Source: Patescibacteria group bacterium (lineage in GTDB: Bacteria; Patescibacteriota; Microgenomatia; UBA12405). Taken from it: 64,000 nt of DNA. Every line of letters starts with the position of its first letter. Positions within the stretch are counted from its first letter, which is position 1. Shown here in pieces: positions 37,176-46,607 of the stretch. A program made the position numbers and the translations under genes. The stretch lies in assembly GCA_023380755.1 (NCBI GenBank), contig JAMCSD010000008.1:24592-88591 (forward strand). The letters run 5' to 3'. The notes under the pieces were generated by a model. It searched no databases. It worked only from the letters and a program-made list of their open reading frames with translations, and was not told the DNA's origin.

Positions 37176-39014
37176 GTGAGCATGAAAGTGAAATTGGGGA
37201 AAGGATTGTTAATGATATTGGTCGGTTGCGGGTTAATAAATCCTCTGAAAATACAGGCAGCGGAGTTAAGTTGCCCCAACAGATACGCCACTATTATTAA
37301 TCCAGTAAGAAGTAGGAGCTTGTGGCGAGACAAGAGCCTGAAACCAATTAATAACCAATATGGGGCAATAGAAAAAGATGGGTTGGCAGCCACATGGCTA
37401 TTACAAGATGATGTCTTAAAAGATAAAGAACTAATGGGGGTGATAAAAAGTTTTGACCAAAAACAAGAAAAGGGGGTCTTTTTGGAGGTGAGTGAACAAC
37501 TGGCCCAAGAAAGCGGGGTGATATACCCGGCCCATACTTATTGGTATAACCCGGGGGTAGTCTTTTTGTCGGCCTACCAACAAAGTGAAAGAAGGCGGTT
37601 GATCGATAACCTGATGAAAGATTTTAAGGCTAACTTTGGAGATTATCCAAAGGCAGCCGGGGCGTGGTGGATTGATTCATACTCCGTTGATTATTTAAGG
37701 GAAAGATACGGTGTTAAGGCTATGATGATTGTGGCTGACCAAAAGACGACGGACCATTACGGGGTATGGGGGCAGTGGTGGGGAGTGCCCTATTACCCCA
37801 GCAGGGCCAATGTGTTAGTACCGGCCAGTACCACCAAAAACAAAGAAGATGTAGTGATGGTCCAATGGGCCCAAAGAGATCCAAAACTGGCCCAAGGGGA
37901 AGGACCAAAATTTTCAAACTATTCACTCCAAGCGAATGATTACATCAGCCAAGGAAAAACAACAAATTATTTTAAGGAATTGGGGAAAATTTATTTGGAT
38001 TGCAGCAACAAGGTGGGCCAAATTACGGTCGGACTGGAAACTGGGATGGAAAGCGTGGGATTTATCGAGGAATATGGACGACAAATGGAAGCGATAGCTG
38101 AAATGAAGGGGGTGGAGGCGGTGACTATGAGCCAATTTTATGAACAATTTGCCAAAGTATATCGCCAGTGGCCGGAAGCAGCAGTGGTGGGAACAGAGAA
38201 AGAGTGGACGATGGACACGAAAGGCCGTAGATACGAAGGAGGAGAAAAGTTGGCTTACCAGGCAGGAGTGGCATTTGAGGATTATTGGGTGGCAGATAAA
38301 AGCGAGTTTTTAAACAGAAACTTAATAACCCAAGGTAAGCAAGTAGATAAAAACTATTGGCCAGTGTGGATGGGGCTCGCGGGAGGAATGAGCGTGTGGC
38401 TGGTATTAAAGAAAAAATGGCGGGGATGGCTGGTGGGAGTATTATTTGGTTGGGGGGCTTTTGGCCTATTATTACGATCAGGTTATGAGTATGGATGGCA
38501 GGTTTTTTACGGACCAAAGGTAAATAATTTAGAAGTTGCCCAAATAGCGGCAGTAGGAATAACGGGACTTTTAGTCGTGGCGGGATTGAAGTTGATTAAA
38601 AGAAAGGATTTGTGGTGGCTGATGCCAGCTACCTTTGCCGGAGACGCGGTCTTAAAGGCGTTGAGGTTTTCAGTGATCGACCAAAAATATTTGGCGGGGG
38701 TGTTAATAGGAAATTTCCGACTGTTAGCAATCGGAATAGGTAAGGGAGGACTCAGCTTCCTGAACAGCCATCTTATCGGATACCAAGCCGGAGCATTGTT
38801 GAAATTTGATTTTAATAAAATATGGGAAAATGGGGTGGTAAGCCTATTCCTTTACCCCGTAGCCCATATGGTAATAGCGGTGGGATTGGGGTGGATTTTG
38901 GCCAGGTTACCCAAAAAATACGGAGTGATAGTCTGGGGGCTGTTGGTGGTGGCTTTAGGATGGTTGATCGGGACAGCAATGGCGGACCCAAGAGTAGTGG
39001 TACCAATTACTTAG
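37176..39014 (+). CDS. Hypothetical protein, secreted N-domain plus C-terminal multi-TM region
   Basis: Long ORF. Signal-like LLMILVGCGLI. About 6 C-terminal TM helices. Start GTG 37176 (6 nt after TATAAT) or ATG 37182. Confidence 0.65.
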   Translation: MSMKVKLGKGLLMILVGCGLINPLKIQAAELSCPNRYATIINPVRSRSLWRDKSLKPINNQYGAIEKDGLAATWLLQDDVLKDKELMGVIKSFDQKQEKGVFLEVSEQLAQESGVIYPAHTYWYNPGVVFLSAYQQSERRRLIDNLMKDFKANFGDYPKAAGAWWIDSYSVDYLRERYGVKAMMIVADQKTTDHYGVWGQWWGVPYYPSRANVLVPASTTKNKEDVVMVQWAQRDPKLAQGEGPKFSNYSLQANDYISQGKTTNYFKELGKIYLDCSNKVGQITVGLETGMESVGFIEEYGRQMEAIAEMKGVEAVTMSQFYEQFAKVYRQWPEAAVVGTEKEWTMDTKGRRYEGGEKLAYQAGVAFEDYWVADKSEFLNRNLITQGKQVDKNYWPVWMGLAGGMSVWLVLKKKWRGWLVGVLFGWGAFGLLLRSGYEYGWQVFYGPKVNNLEVAQIAAVGITGLLVVAGLKLIKRKDLWWLMPATFAGDAVLKALRFSVIDQKYLAGVLIGNFRLLAIGIGKGGLSFLNSHLIGYQAGALLKFDFNKIWENGVVSLFLYPVAHMVIAVGLGWILARLPKKYGVIVWGLLVVALGWLIGTAMADPRVVVPIT

Positions 39015-40290
39015 ACCAGGTTTCAAGGGTCAGTTGACGAAAATTAATCAGGCGAGGAGGAGCATAACCGAGACCGGACAACTGAGGACGAGGATTAAGG
39101 CCATAAATGTCAAAACCATAAGGCAAGAGAATGAACGAAGAAGGAGGAGAAGAAAGAGCGGCAACATCTTTGACAATAATATCGGGACGATAATATTTAA
39201 GGGGGTCAGCAAAAGACGGAATCAGATAGACGGTGGCGGCGCGAGGAAGAGAAGCAGCAAGAGAGCGCCAGTCTTCACGATAGAAGGCAGGAATAAAGAG
39301 ATAAGCTAAAGAAGTAATAAGAAAGATAACTAAAACCAGCAGCCGGAGAAGGGTGAGGCGGGTTTGGGCAAGCAATAAAGCCAACAGAGGAAGAAGAAAA
39401 AGGTAACGAAAATACTGGAGCATAGGAGTATTGAAGGAAACCAAAAAAGCCAAGAGGAGCGGGGTGATTAAAAAGTATTTGAAGAATTTAGAAGGGGCGG
39501 TAAGGGCGAGAAAGAAGGTAATAAGGGCGGCCAAACCAGAAAGAAGGTAATAAAGGAATTTAGGGTAGAAACTAATCCGGCCGATGGTGAATTTAAGCGG
39601 GATTAAGAGAAGGTTTTTGAGATTGGCCTGGCCTAAAACCGGGGACCAGTGGGTGACATTAACAAGGGCGGTTTGGGAATAAACAAACTGGTGTAACACT
39701 AGAGGGAAGAGCAGCAGCAGGGCAAATAAAGGCCCCGGGAGAGTGGCGAAAAAACGATGGGGCTGGCGTTTGATTAAAAGATAACCATAAAGGGTGAGCA
39801 AGAAAAAGACAGCGCCATAATGAGTGAGGAGGGCCAGAGAAGCAAAAAGGTTAAAGAGAAAATATTTTTTTTGGAGAAAAAAATAGAAAGAGGCTGTGAT
39901 AAAAAGAGTGAGCAAGGAATACATGCGGGCTTCCTGAGAATAATAAATGACCAAGGGATTAAAAAGGAAAAAAGCAGCAGCCCAAAGTGGGTTAATTTTC
40001 TTGGTAGTTTTGGCAATCAAAAAAACAATTAGTCCGGTAAGGAGGGAGGCAATAACAGAAGGGAAACGAAGGGCAATTTCGGAAAGGCCAAAAATGGAAG
40101 TCCAAAATTTTTCCAGGAGATAAAAGAGCGGGGGGTGAAAATCGGTGGGGGCAAACCGAGTGACGAGGCCACGATAAGAAAAGTAGCGGACAACATTGGC
40201 AGTGGTGGCTTCATCAAGCCAAAGGGATTGATTAAGAGCAATGAGACGAAGCAAAAAGGCAGCCAAAAAAAGGGTGGTTATCTTTTTCAC
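39007..40290 (-). CDS. Glycosyltransferase family 39 / ArnT-PMT-like
   Basis: LNQSLWLDEATTANV and multi-TM architecture. Start set to in-frame GTG 40290 (7 nt after TATACT), which removes the overlap with rnhB. Confidence 0.75.
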   Translation of the reverse strand: MKKITTLFLAAFLLRLIALNQSLWLDEATTANVVRYFSYRGLVTRFAPTDFHPPLFYLLEKFWTSIFGLSEIALRFPSVIASLLTGLIVFLIAKTTKKINPLWAAAFFLFNPLVIYYSQEARMYSLLTLFITASFYFFLQKKYFLFNLFASLALLTHYGAVFFLLTLYGYLLIKRQPHRFFATLPGPLFALLLLFPLVLHQFVYSQTALVNVTHWSPVLGQANLKNLLLIPLKFTIGRISFYPKFLYYLLSGLAALITFFLALTAPSKFFKYFLITPLLLAFLVSFNTPMLQYFRYLFLLPLLALLLAQTRLTLLRLLVLVIFLITSLAYLFIPAFYREDWRSLAASLPRAATVYLIPSFADPLKYYRPDIIVKDVAALSSPPSSFILLPYGFDIYGLNPRPQLSGLGYAPPRLINFRQLTLETWSK

Positions 40291-40453
40291 TATACGTAGT
40301 ATACTCGGGCATGGCAGAAGTATTGACAGTGGTTGATGGGGTAGTGACGGTCGGAAAATGCCGGTGCGGTAAGGTGTTATCGTTGACAGCAACGAGCCAA
40401 TGGTATTGCCTAATCTTAAACTTGAGACTTTGCGACAGAGAGGGGAATTAAGT

Positions 40454-41077
40454 TTACCGTAAAAAATCTTGAACCGGTTTGCAGGAAAGGCGATGAAGAG
40501 GGCAAGGACCAAATTGAACCAGGGCTTGCTGGTGGAGCTGGGTACCATAGCCTTTGTGGCGGTCAAAGCCATATTGGGGATAGAGTTTGGCTAAATCGGT
40601 CATGAGGGTATCACGGTGGACTTTGGCCAAAATGGAGGCAGCAGCAATGGTGGCACAAGACCGGTCACCGGCAATGACAGAGCGGTAGCGAAGGGGAACC
40701 GGAAGGCGATAATTACCGTCGATAAGAAGAAAGTCAGCAACAGAAAAGTGGTTAATAATTTCGGCAATAGAAAGGGTTAAGGCAGAAGAAAGGCCATGGG
40801 TATCGATAAAGCGATTGTCTTTGGAGACAAGAAAATGATTAAGTTGAGCAAGGTGGCGGGCCACTAGGGTGCGACGTTGACGAGCGGTGAGCAACTTGGA
40901 ATCGCGAAGATGATACCGATAAAGGCGTGATAGCGGAAAGGATTGAAGGTCAAAAAGGCAGCCAGCAACGGTCACCGGACCGGCCCAAGGCCCCCGACCG
41001 ACTTCATCAATAGCCAATAAGTAACGGGTTCCCGAGGGAATTAAAGAAGTCTCAAGTTTAAGATTAGGCAATACCAT
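40454..41077 (-). CDS. rnhB: Ribonuclease HII
   Basis: IDEVGRGPWAGPVTVAG, DSKLLTARQR, ASILAKVHRD. Confidence 0.92.
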   Translation of the reverse strand: MVLPNLKLETSLIPSGTRYLLAIDEVGRGPWAGPVTVAGCLFDLQSFPLSRLYRYHLRDSKLLTARQRRTLVARHLAQLNHFLVSKDNRFIDTHGLSSALTLSIAEIINHFSVADFLLIDGNYRLPVPLRYRSVIAGDRSCATIAAASILAKVHRDTLMTDLAKLYPQYGFDRHKGYGTQLHQQALVQFGPCPLHRLSCKPVQDFLR

Positions 41078-41150
41078 GAGTGATTTTAGCAGGAGGCTTG
41101 AAATTAATAAGAAGTACTCCTATTATTATAGTGTTAGTTTAATAAAGTAT

Positions 41151-41615
41151 ATGCTACAAGAAGGACAAAAAGCGCCGGATTTTACTTTGCCGGACCAAAA
41201 TAACCAAAAGCATAGTTTGAGCGATTACCGCGGAGAATGGGTATTATTATACTTCTACCCCAAAGATGATACGCCGGGGTGCACCAAGGAGGCGTGCGGA
41301 ATACAAGGAAGTTTGAGCTTGTTTAACCAGGCAAAAAGCCAAGTACTGGGGGTAAGTGTGGATTCGATAAAAAGCCACAAGAAGTTTGCGGAAAAATACG
41401 GTTTGACCTTTCCCCTACTGGCTGATGAAAGTAAGCAGGTAGTCCGAGAATACGATGTCTGGAAAAACAAAAAATTTATGGGGAAGGAATACCAAGGTAT
41501 AGTGCGAAGTTCGTTTTTGATAAACCCGGAAGGTAAAATTGCTAAAATTTATCAACAAGTCAGACCGGAAATCCATGCCCAAGAAGTGTTGACCGACCTC
41601 ATCATGAACCGCTAA
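41151..41615 (+). CDS. bcp: Thioredoxin-dependent peroxiredoxin Bcp
   Basis: FYPKDDTPGCTKEAC. Start at MLQEGQKAPDF. Confidence 0.9.
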   Translation: MLQEGQKAPDFTLPDQNNQKHSLSDYRGEWVLLYFYPKDDTPGCTKEACGIQGSLSLFNQAKSQVLGVSVDSIKSHKKFAEKYGLTFPLLADESKQVVREYDVWKNKKFMGKEYQGIVRSSFLINPEGKIAKIYQQVRPEIHAQEVLTDLIMNR

Positions 41616-41634
41616 AGGGTGTTATACTCATTTC

Positions 41635-42084
41635 ATGGTAGAAACAACAAAAAAACTGTATCGTTCGAACAAAGATTACGTGATTGCCGGAGTGGCAGGA
41701 GGCTTAGGAGAATATTTCGGAGTTGATTCGATAATTATCAGATTGCTGTTGGTGGTGTTGGCTTTGGGGGGCGGATCAGGAATTCTGATTTATTTAGTGT
41801 TGGCAATTATTGTTCCCCGGGAGCCGGGAGAAGTGGTCGAAGTGGACAGAAAAGAAAAAGTAGAAAAAATGGCTCAAGACGTAGGGGAAAGAGTTAAAAA
41901 AGTGGCTGATGAATACCGGGATGACAGAACGGGCGAGCGGCGGCATGGAGCCCTGGGATGGATTGTGCTGCTTTTGGGACTATTTTTACTGCTTAACCAG
42001 GTGATTCCCGGATGGTTTCGAGCGGACCTTTTTTGGCCGGTGGCTCTGATTTTGGCCGGGGTCTATTTGATGGTCCGAAGGTAA
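41635..42084 (+). CDS. PspC-domain membrane protein
   Basis: KLYRSNKDYVIAGVAGGLGEYFGVDSIIIRLLLVVL. Confidence 0.85.
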   Translation: MVETTKKLYRSNKDYVIAGVAGGLGEYFGVDSIIIRLLLVVLALGGGSGILIYLVLAIIVPREPGEVVEVDRKEKVEKMAQDVGERVKKVADEYRDDRTGERRHGALGWIVLLLGLFLLLNQVIPGWFRADLFWPVALILAGVYLMVRR

Positions 42085-42091
42085 GAGAAAA

Positions 42092-43279
42092 ATGGATTAC
42101 TCAAGAAATGTGCGCCTCCTAGGATGGCATAGTTTTTTTATTGGTTTTAGTTTGTGGGCACCAATTGCAATCTTGTACTTTTCAAAAATTAGTGGCTCGT
42201 ACGCACTGGGTCTAAGTGTTTTTTCGATAACCATGATCAGTTCGGCAGCTTTAGAAGTACCAACAGGAGTTTGGTCGGATTTTATAGGCAGACGGAAAAC
42301 GCTGATAGCGGGTTCGGCAGCTTATGCCTTAAGTGCAGTATTTTACGCGCTGGGACATTTTTACGGAATTTTGGTGATTGGGGCTATTCTGGAAGGATTA
42401 GGGAGGGCACTTTATAGTGGTAACAATACAGCGATGATTTATGAAAGTGTGAATAAAAGTGAAAACAAAAAGACGTTGGAGCACTTTTTGGGGAAAATCG
42501 GCGCAGCGGAACAATGGGCATTGGCATTTTCAGCGTTAATAGGAGGAATAATTGCCAGTAAATCATTCAGCGTGGTGGTGTGGTTATCAGTAATTCCACT
42601 GGTGATATGCTTTGGATTATCACTCTTTACTATTGAGGTACCAAAGGATAAGGCGAGTAGCAATATTTATGCCCATCTTAAAGAGGCTTTAGTTTTATTT
42701 AAAAAAAATAAACGATTACAATTTTTGGGGGTGGCAGATATTATTGGTTACGGAATTGGTGAATCGAGTTTTAACTTCCGAAGCGCTTTTGTGGCAATGT
42801 TGTGGCCAGTTTGGGCTATCGGAGCAGCACAGTTGTTATCGAATGTAGGAGCAGCTGTCAGCTTTGAAATGGCAGGAAAGGTAATTAAAAAAGTGCGTTC
42901 AGAAGTAATTTTGCTGGCACAGAGTGTTTATAGTCGAATGGCGAACATAATAGCCTTATTATTTCCGGGAATCCTATCTCCGATTTTGATGTCGTCCACT
43001 TCGGGTTGGTATGGGTTGGGGAATGTTGCCGAAACAAGTTTGTATCAAAGAGAATTTAGCGATAAACAGAGGGCAACATTAGGATCATTGACTTCTTTGG
43101 GGGGAAAAATTGTTTACGGCTTGGCAGCAACATTGATAGGGGTGATGGCTGACAATGTCGGTCCAGCTAAAGCTTTACTACTTGGTCAAGTGATTATGTT
43201 GATGACAACATGGTGTTACATTTGGTTAGCTAAGAATGACGGTCGCGGCGTAAAGTACCCCGGTGTTGAGGGTGTTTAA
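42092..43279 (+). CDS. MFS transporter
   Basis: 395 aa, ~12 TM helices, DFIGRRKTL loop motif. Confidence 0.82.
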   Translation: MDYSRNVRLLGWHSFFIGFSLWAPIAILYFSKISGSYALGLSVFSITMISSAALEVPTGVWSDFIGRRKTLIAGSAAYALSAVFYALGHFYGILVIGAILEGLGRALYSGNNTAMIYESVNKSENKKTLEHFLGKIGAAEQWALAFSALIGGIIASKSFSVVVWLSVIPLVICFGLSLFTIEVPKDKASSNIYAHLKEALVLFKKNKRLQFLGVADIIGYGIGESSFNFRSAFVAMLWPVWAIGAAQLLSNVGAAVSFEMAGKVIKKVRSEVILLAQSVYSRMANIIALLFPGILSPILMSSTSGWYGLGNVAETSLYQREFSDKQRATLGSLTSLGGKIVYGLAATLIGVMADNVGPAKALLLGQVIMLMTTWCYIWLAKNDGRGVKYPGVEGV

Positions 43280-43516
43280 GGTGAGTACGAGCAAACTGAC
43301 TGGAGCGCATAGCCCGAAGGGCCGCTTCAGCAGCAGCAGAAGGAGCGCTTGAACGAGCTTGGATGTCGAGCTGCTGATAAAGGGTGAGGATGTCGGTGGT
43401 TTTTTCAAGATGCCCGAGGGCGGAGGCGGTAACTAAGGCGGTAATCTGTTCAAACACTTATAAGCTAATATAATGGGAAGTTGGGGCTTTGGAAACTATG
43501 ACAAAGTGGGATGATC

Positions 43517-44044
43517 CTACTCACGGCAACAATCAAGCATTTTGCCCACAGCAGAGCTGACGGAAGAAAAAAGACCTTTGGAAGTTTTAAGAGGGATTTC
43601 GTTTTTGGGAAGTTCGATAGTTTTCGGGTCTTTGTTTTTAACTAGACCTAAATTGAGACCCCAGAAAAGATTGTAAAGGTGAAAGGACTTTTGAAAATAA
43701 TCATAAGCTTTGGCCGTATCCCCTTTTTTCTGGGCTTTGGTACCAACCTCCATGAGACGCATCGAAGCGGCCAGCAAGTGTTTGCTGATGCACCATTCTT
43801 CACCGCCATAATCTTTGATAATTTCTTTTAAGAGAGCAACACGCATGGCCCGGACTTCGTTGATGAGATCGTAGTATTTGGTTTTGCCAGTTTTGCCACC
43901 AGAAAAGAAGAGGTGTTCCTCAATGGAGATTAAATTCATGATGCCAATGGAAAGGTCTTCGCCGCTGCTAAGGTCAAGTTTTTGGCCAGACTCGGCGGCT
44001 TTGACTTTATCCATAAATTGCTGGAGGTCAAGTTTTTTGTCCAT
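43517..44044 (-). CDS. Hypothetical protein
   Basis: 175-aa ORF, last gene of the wHTH-regulator operon. Ends CCRE. Confidence 0.55.
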   Translation of the reverse strand: MDKKLDLQQFMDKVKAAESGQKLDLSSGEDLSIGIMNLISIEEHLFFSGGKTGKTKYYDLINEVRAMRVALLKEIIKDYGGEEWCISKHLLAASMRLMEVGTKAQKKGDTAKAYDYFQKSFHLYNLFWGLNLGLVKNKDPKTIELPKNEIPLKTSKGLFSSVSSAVGKMLDCCRE

Positions 44045-44047
44045 GGA

Positions 44048-44536
44048 TTATTTAAGGTGGAAGGCGAATTTAAAAATAACAGTAGTAACCACAACTAACA
44101 CTACCGGAAAAACAACTTTGGCATAAGGGAAGAGGGTGCGGCCGCCGTTATTTTTTTTAGTGTAAAGATAGGTAAAATTACCAATGACCATGGCAATCAG
44201 GCCGAGGGTTTGGCCCAAAAGAATTTTGTCGATCCCAAAAAGGCGGTTCCCCACATGACCCATTTGGCCGGTATACTGGAAATAAAATAAGGTAAAGCCA
44301 TACATAATTAAAGAAAGGAGTAAGGGGTTGCGCAGAAAGCGGTTTTTAAACTTAGAAGCTAACCAAAAAGAAATAGCAGTGTCGAGGGCGGAAATCCAGA
44401 TAGAAACCAAAAGATCATCAATACCCAGTTTCTTGGCTAAAAGCATGCCACCACCGACAGTAACAATACAAACAGGACATTGGGCATAAACTGAACGGAC
44501 AAGGAACATAGTTGTATTGTAGCAAGAAGTAGACAA
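44048..44536 (-). CDS. CPxC membrane protein (paralog of 52569-53108)
   Basis: VYAQCPVCIVTVGGGMLLAKKLGIDDLLVSIWISALDTAISFW aligns with ALAHCPLCVAGAAAGLTLSRLLGVDDSITGIWLAAFLGATSFW. Alternative start at 44509. Confidence 0.65.
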   Translation of the reverse strand: MSTSCYNTTMFLVRSVYAQCPVCIVTVGGGMLLAKKLGIDDLLVSIWISALDTAISFWLASKFKNRFLRNPLLLSLIMYGFTLFYFQYTGQMGHVGNRLFGIDKILLGQTLGLIAMVIGNFTYLYTKKNNGGRTLFPYAKVVFPVVLVVVTTVIFKFAFHLK

Positions 44537-45691
44537 CTACGGGCGTAGTAGATTGGAAAAAAACAGGTAACCACGACCACGAATGGTTTTAATGACACCG
44601 GGATTGGCACCAATTTGCTTGAGTTTGGAGCGAAGACGCTTGATCCACTGAGAAATGGCCCAGTCAGAAAAACTGGTTTCCGCTTCTCCAGCCCAGATAC
44701 AGTTGGCGATATCATCTTTGGAAATTAATTTTCCCTGATTCTTGGCGAAATGAAAAAGGAGATCACATTCACCCGGAGAAAAACGATCAAGAAGGCTAAG
44801 ACCATTAAAGGTAATATCACCACGAGAGGGGTCAATGACGAGACCAGGAGCAGGAAGAGACATAAAGAAATTTTTTATATAGTGATTGTTTTGCAAATAT
44901 TCTAGAGGAGTAGAAAAAGGTTGACAGCCATTCTCGAGGCAAAAACAGGCATATTTAATGAGGATAGGGTTTCCCTGGCTAATAGTTTTGATGGCCGAGG
45001 TTTCCGAGGGAGTGTAGGTTTTGTTAAGAGTGAAACCCCAACGGTTGATTAAATAGTCAATATCGTCAGGAGAAACAGAATCGAACTTAACGATGTTTTG
45101 GAAAAGGAGATCCTCGATAAAGAGATATTTATCATCAGTTAACTTTTCGGGGGCATCGGCATAGGTGATAAAAAGATACCGTACCTTATCGCGGATACCG
45201 GGGGGACGAACAGCTTTTAAACTACCCCAAAAGAATTTATCGGCAAAATCAAGATGACCAAGACCGCGGAGGACGATAACCAGATCCCAACGGGCGGTGA
45301 TGATCTCAATTTTGGTCTTAAGGAGGGTGACAAGATCGTTGGCCGTAATTTCGGACCAATTAAGAGGTTGGGCATCTGGGATAATTTCGGCTAATTTCTG
45401 GTAGAAAAGACTAAGATAAGTTTTGGCATTACAATCGACCAACTCCTCTTGGTTAACGATCACAAAGCGGAAGGTTTGGGAATTAACCGGAAGATGATTA
45501 TTTTGGGAAAGCTCGTCAATGTTGCCGACCAAGAAACGGATAAGGCGCATCAGACCACCGAAGCGGGGCGCAGATTCAACGGTAACACACTGATGGTTAA
45601 GGATAGGAGTAAAGATTGTTTGGAAATAATGATTGACCGTTTGAGGGGTAAGGGGGTAATAAAACGGGCTATCTTTCGTGATTTTAATCAT
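44537..45691 (-). CDS. Transcriptional regulator, C-terminal OmpR/PhoB-type winged helix, novel N-terminal domain
   Basis: C-terminus WAISQWIKRLRSKLKQIGANPGVIKTIRGRGYLF (trans_reg_C). No receiver domain. The N-terminal ~270 aa has only degenerate P-loop-like features (SAPRFGGLM, WDLVIVLRG). Confidence 0.75.
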   Translation of the reverse strand: MIKITKDSPFYYPLTPQTVNHYFQTIFTPILNHQCVTVESAPRFGGLMRLIRFLVGNIDELSQNNHLPVNSQTFRFVIVNQEELVDCNAKTYLSLFYQKLAEIIPDAQPLNWSEITANDLVTLLKTKIEIITARWDLVIVLRGLGHLDFADKFFWGSLKAVRPPGIRDKVRYLFITYADAPEKLTDDKYLFIEDLLFQNIVKFDSVSPDDIDYLINRWGFTLNKTYTPSETSAIKTISQGNPILIKYACFCLENGCQPFSTPLEYLQNNHYIKNFFMSLPAPGLVIDPSRGDITFNGLSLLDRFSPGECDLLFHFAKNQGKLISKDDIANCIWAGEAETSFSDWAISQWIKRLRSKLKQIGANPGVIKTIRGRGYLFFSNLLRP

Positions 45692-45717
45692 TTGTCGACT
45701 CCCCTATTGTAACAAAT

Positions 45718-45752
45718 GTCAAAAAAGTCAGAAAAGTGTCACAAAGGCGTCA
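45718..45752. repeat. Four GTCA direct repeats at 9/11/11-bp spacing in the divergent promoter region
   Basis: GTCA at 45718, 45727, 45738 and 45749, each followed by an A-rich tract (GTCAaaaaa GTCAgaaaagt GTCAcaaaggc GTCAag). Confidence 0.6.
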
Positions 45753-45805
45753 AGCTTGGCGGCAGAAGTCTTTGTAGGATAGGCTGTTAACAATTTAGGA
45801 TTTTT

Positions 45806-46207
45806 ATGTCATTAAAAGAGAAGGCTTTTGGCCAGTTGCCGGTGACGGTTGATATTTATAAAGATACCCGCCCAGAGGATACCGACGTGGAACCTTATCG
45901 GCGCGAAAGGACGAGCACCATGGGGGAGATGTTCTCGGAGTGGCAGCTGAATATACTGCAAACATTGAGCAGAGGGGTGGAAAAACCACTGGAATCATTT
46001 CGGGTATCAACAATGCATAAATATTATGAATTTCGGAAATCTCACTATCGGGCGAGCGTGCAGGTGAGCGGCGAAGATGTGGAGCATAAGCATCACAACC
46101 TTATTAATAAAGCTTCAGAAGAATATGGAGATTACGTCAATTGGGAGAGTTCGGGAGGGTGGGTGGAAGAAGCAGATTTAGTAAGAAGGAGGGGGGAAAA
46201 TGAGTAA
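45806..46207 (+). CDS. Tandem paralog 1 of an uncharacterised small-protein family
   Basis: HYRASVQVSGEDVEHKHHNLINKASEEYGDYVNWESSGGWVEEADL aligns with paralogs 2 and 3. Confidence 0.7.
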   Translation: MSLKEKAFGQLPVTVDIYKDTRPEDTDVEPYRRERTSTMGEMFSEWQLNILQTLSRGVEKPLESFRVSTMHKYYEFRKSHYRASVQVSGEDVEHKHHNLINKASEEYGDYVNWESSGGWVEEADLVRRRGENE

Positions 46208-46607
46208 TTCAGAGAGAGAATCATCGGGAATACCGGTACATGTGAAACAACGCTTCCGGGAAAGACGAATGGATGGCAAATGGGGGGTAGTAGAGCTTCG
46301 AGAGCATGATTATATTGACTTAACTTTTACCTTTTTACCGGCGCACATTGGCCAGCTACATGTTTTGGAGGAAAGGGCGGGGACAAAGGCGGAGGCTTTT
46401 GAGGTGGTGACCAGCCATCGGTTTTCGGAACAGAGGCCACCACACTACCAGGCAAGAGTGGAAATCAGCTGTCGGGATGCTAATAACATGCGCCATATTT
46501 TAGTGGACAAGGCAACTACGGAATATTGGCGTTACACGCTTTGGGAAAAGCCGGAGGGATGGATTGAAAGTAGTGATTTATTACCAATTCCGAGAAGGAG
46601 AGAATGA
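46200..46607 (+). CDS. Tandem paralog 2
   Basis: HYQARVEISCRDANNMRHILVDKATTEYWRYTLWEKPEGWIESSDL. The ATG overlaps the upstream stop (ATGAGTAA). AGGAGG SD. Confidence 0.72.
   Translation: MSNSERESSGIPVHVKQRFRERRMDGKWGVVELREHDYIDLTFTFLPAHIGQLHVLEERAGTKAEAFEVVTSHRFSEQRPPHYQARVEISCRDANNMRHILVDKATTEYWRYTLWEKPEGWIESSDLLPIPRRRE

Noticed and set aside
43230-43457. 75-aa minus-strand ORF overlapping the 3-prime end of the MFS gene
   Set aside because: It overlaps a confident gene by 50 nt, has an Ala/Arg-rich shadow-frame composition, and shows no start-site signals.
44536-44549. ACTACGGGCGTAGT palindrome at the junction of the wHTH regulator gene and the CPxC paralog
   Set aside because: The half-sites match the operator, but the central spacer is one nt shorter (4 instead of 5 between ACTAC and GTAGT) and no promoter elements flank it. 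It may be coincidental or a degenerate site.
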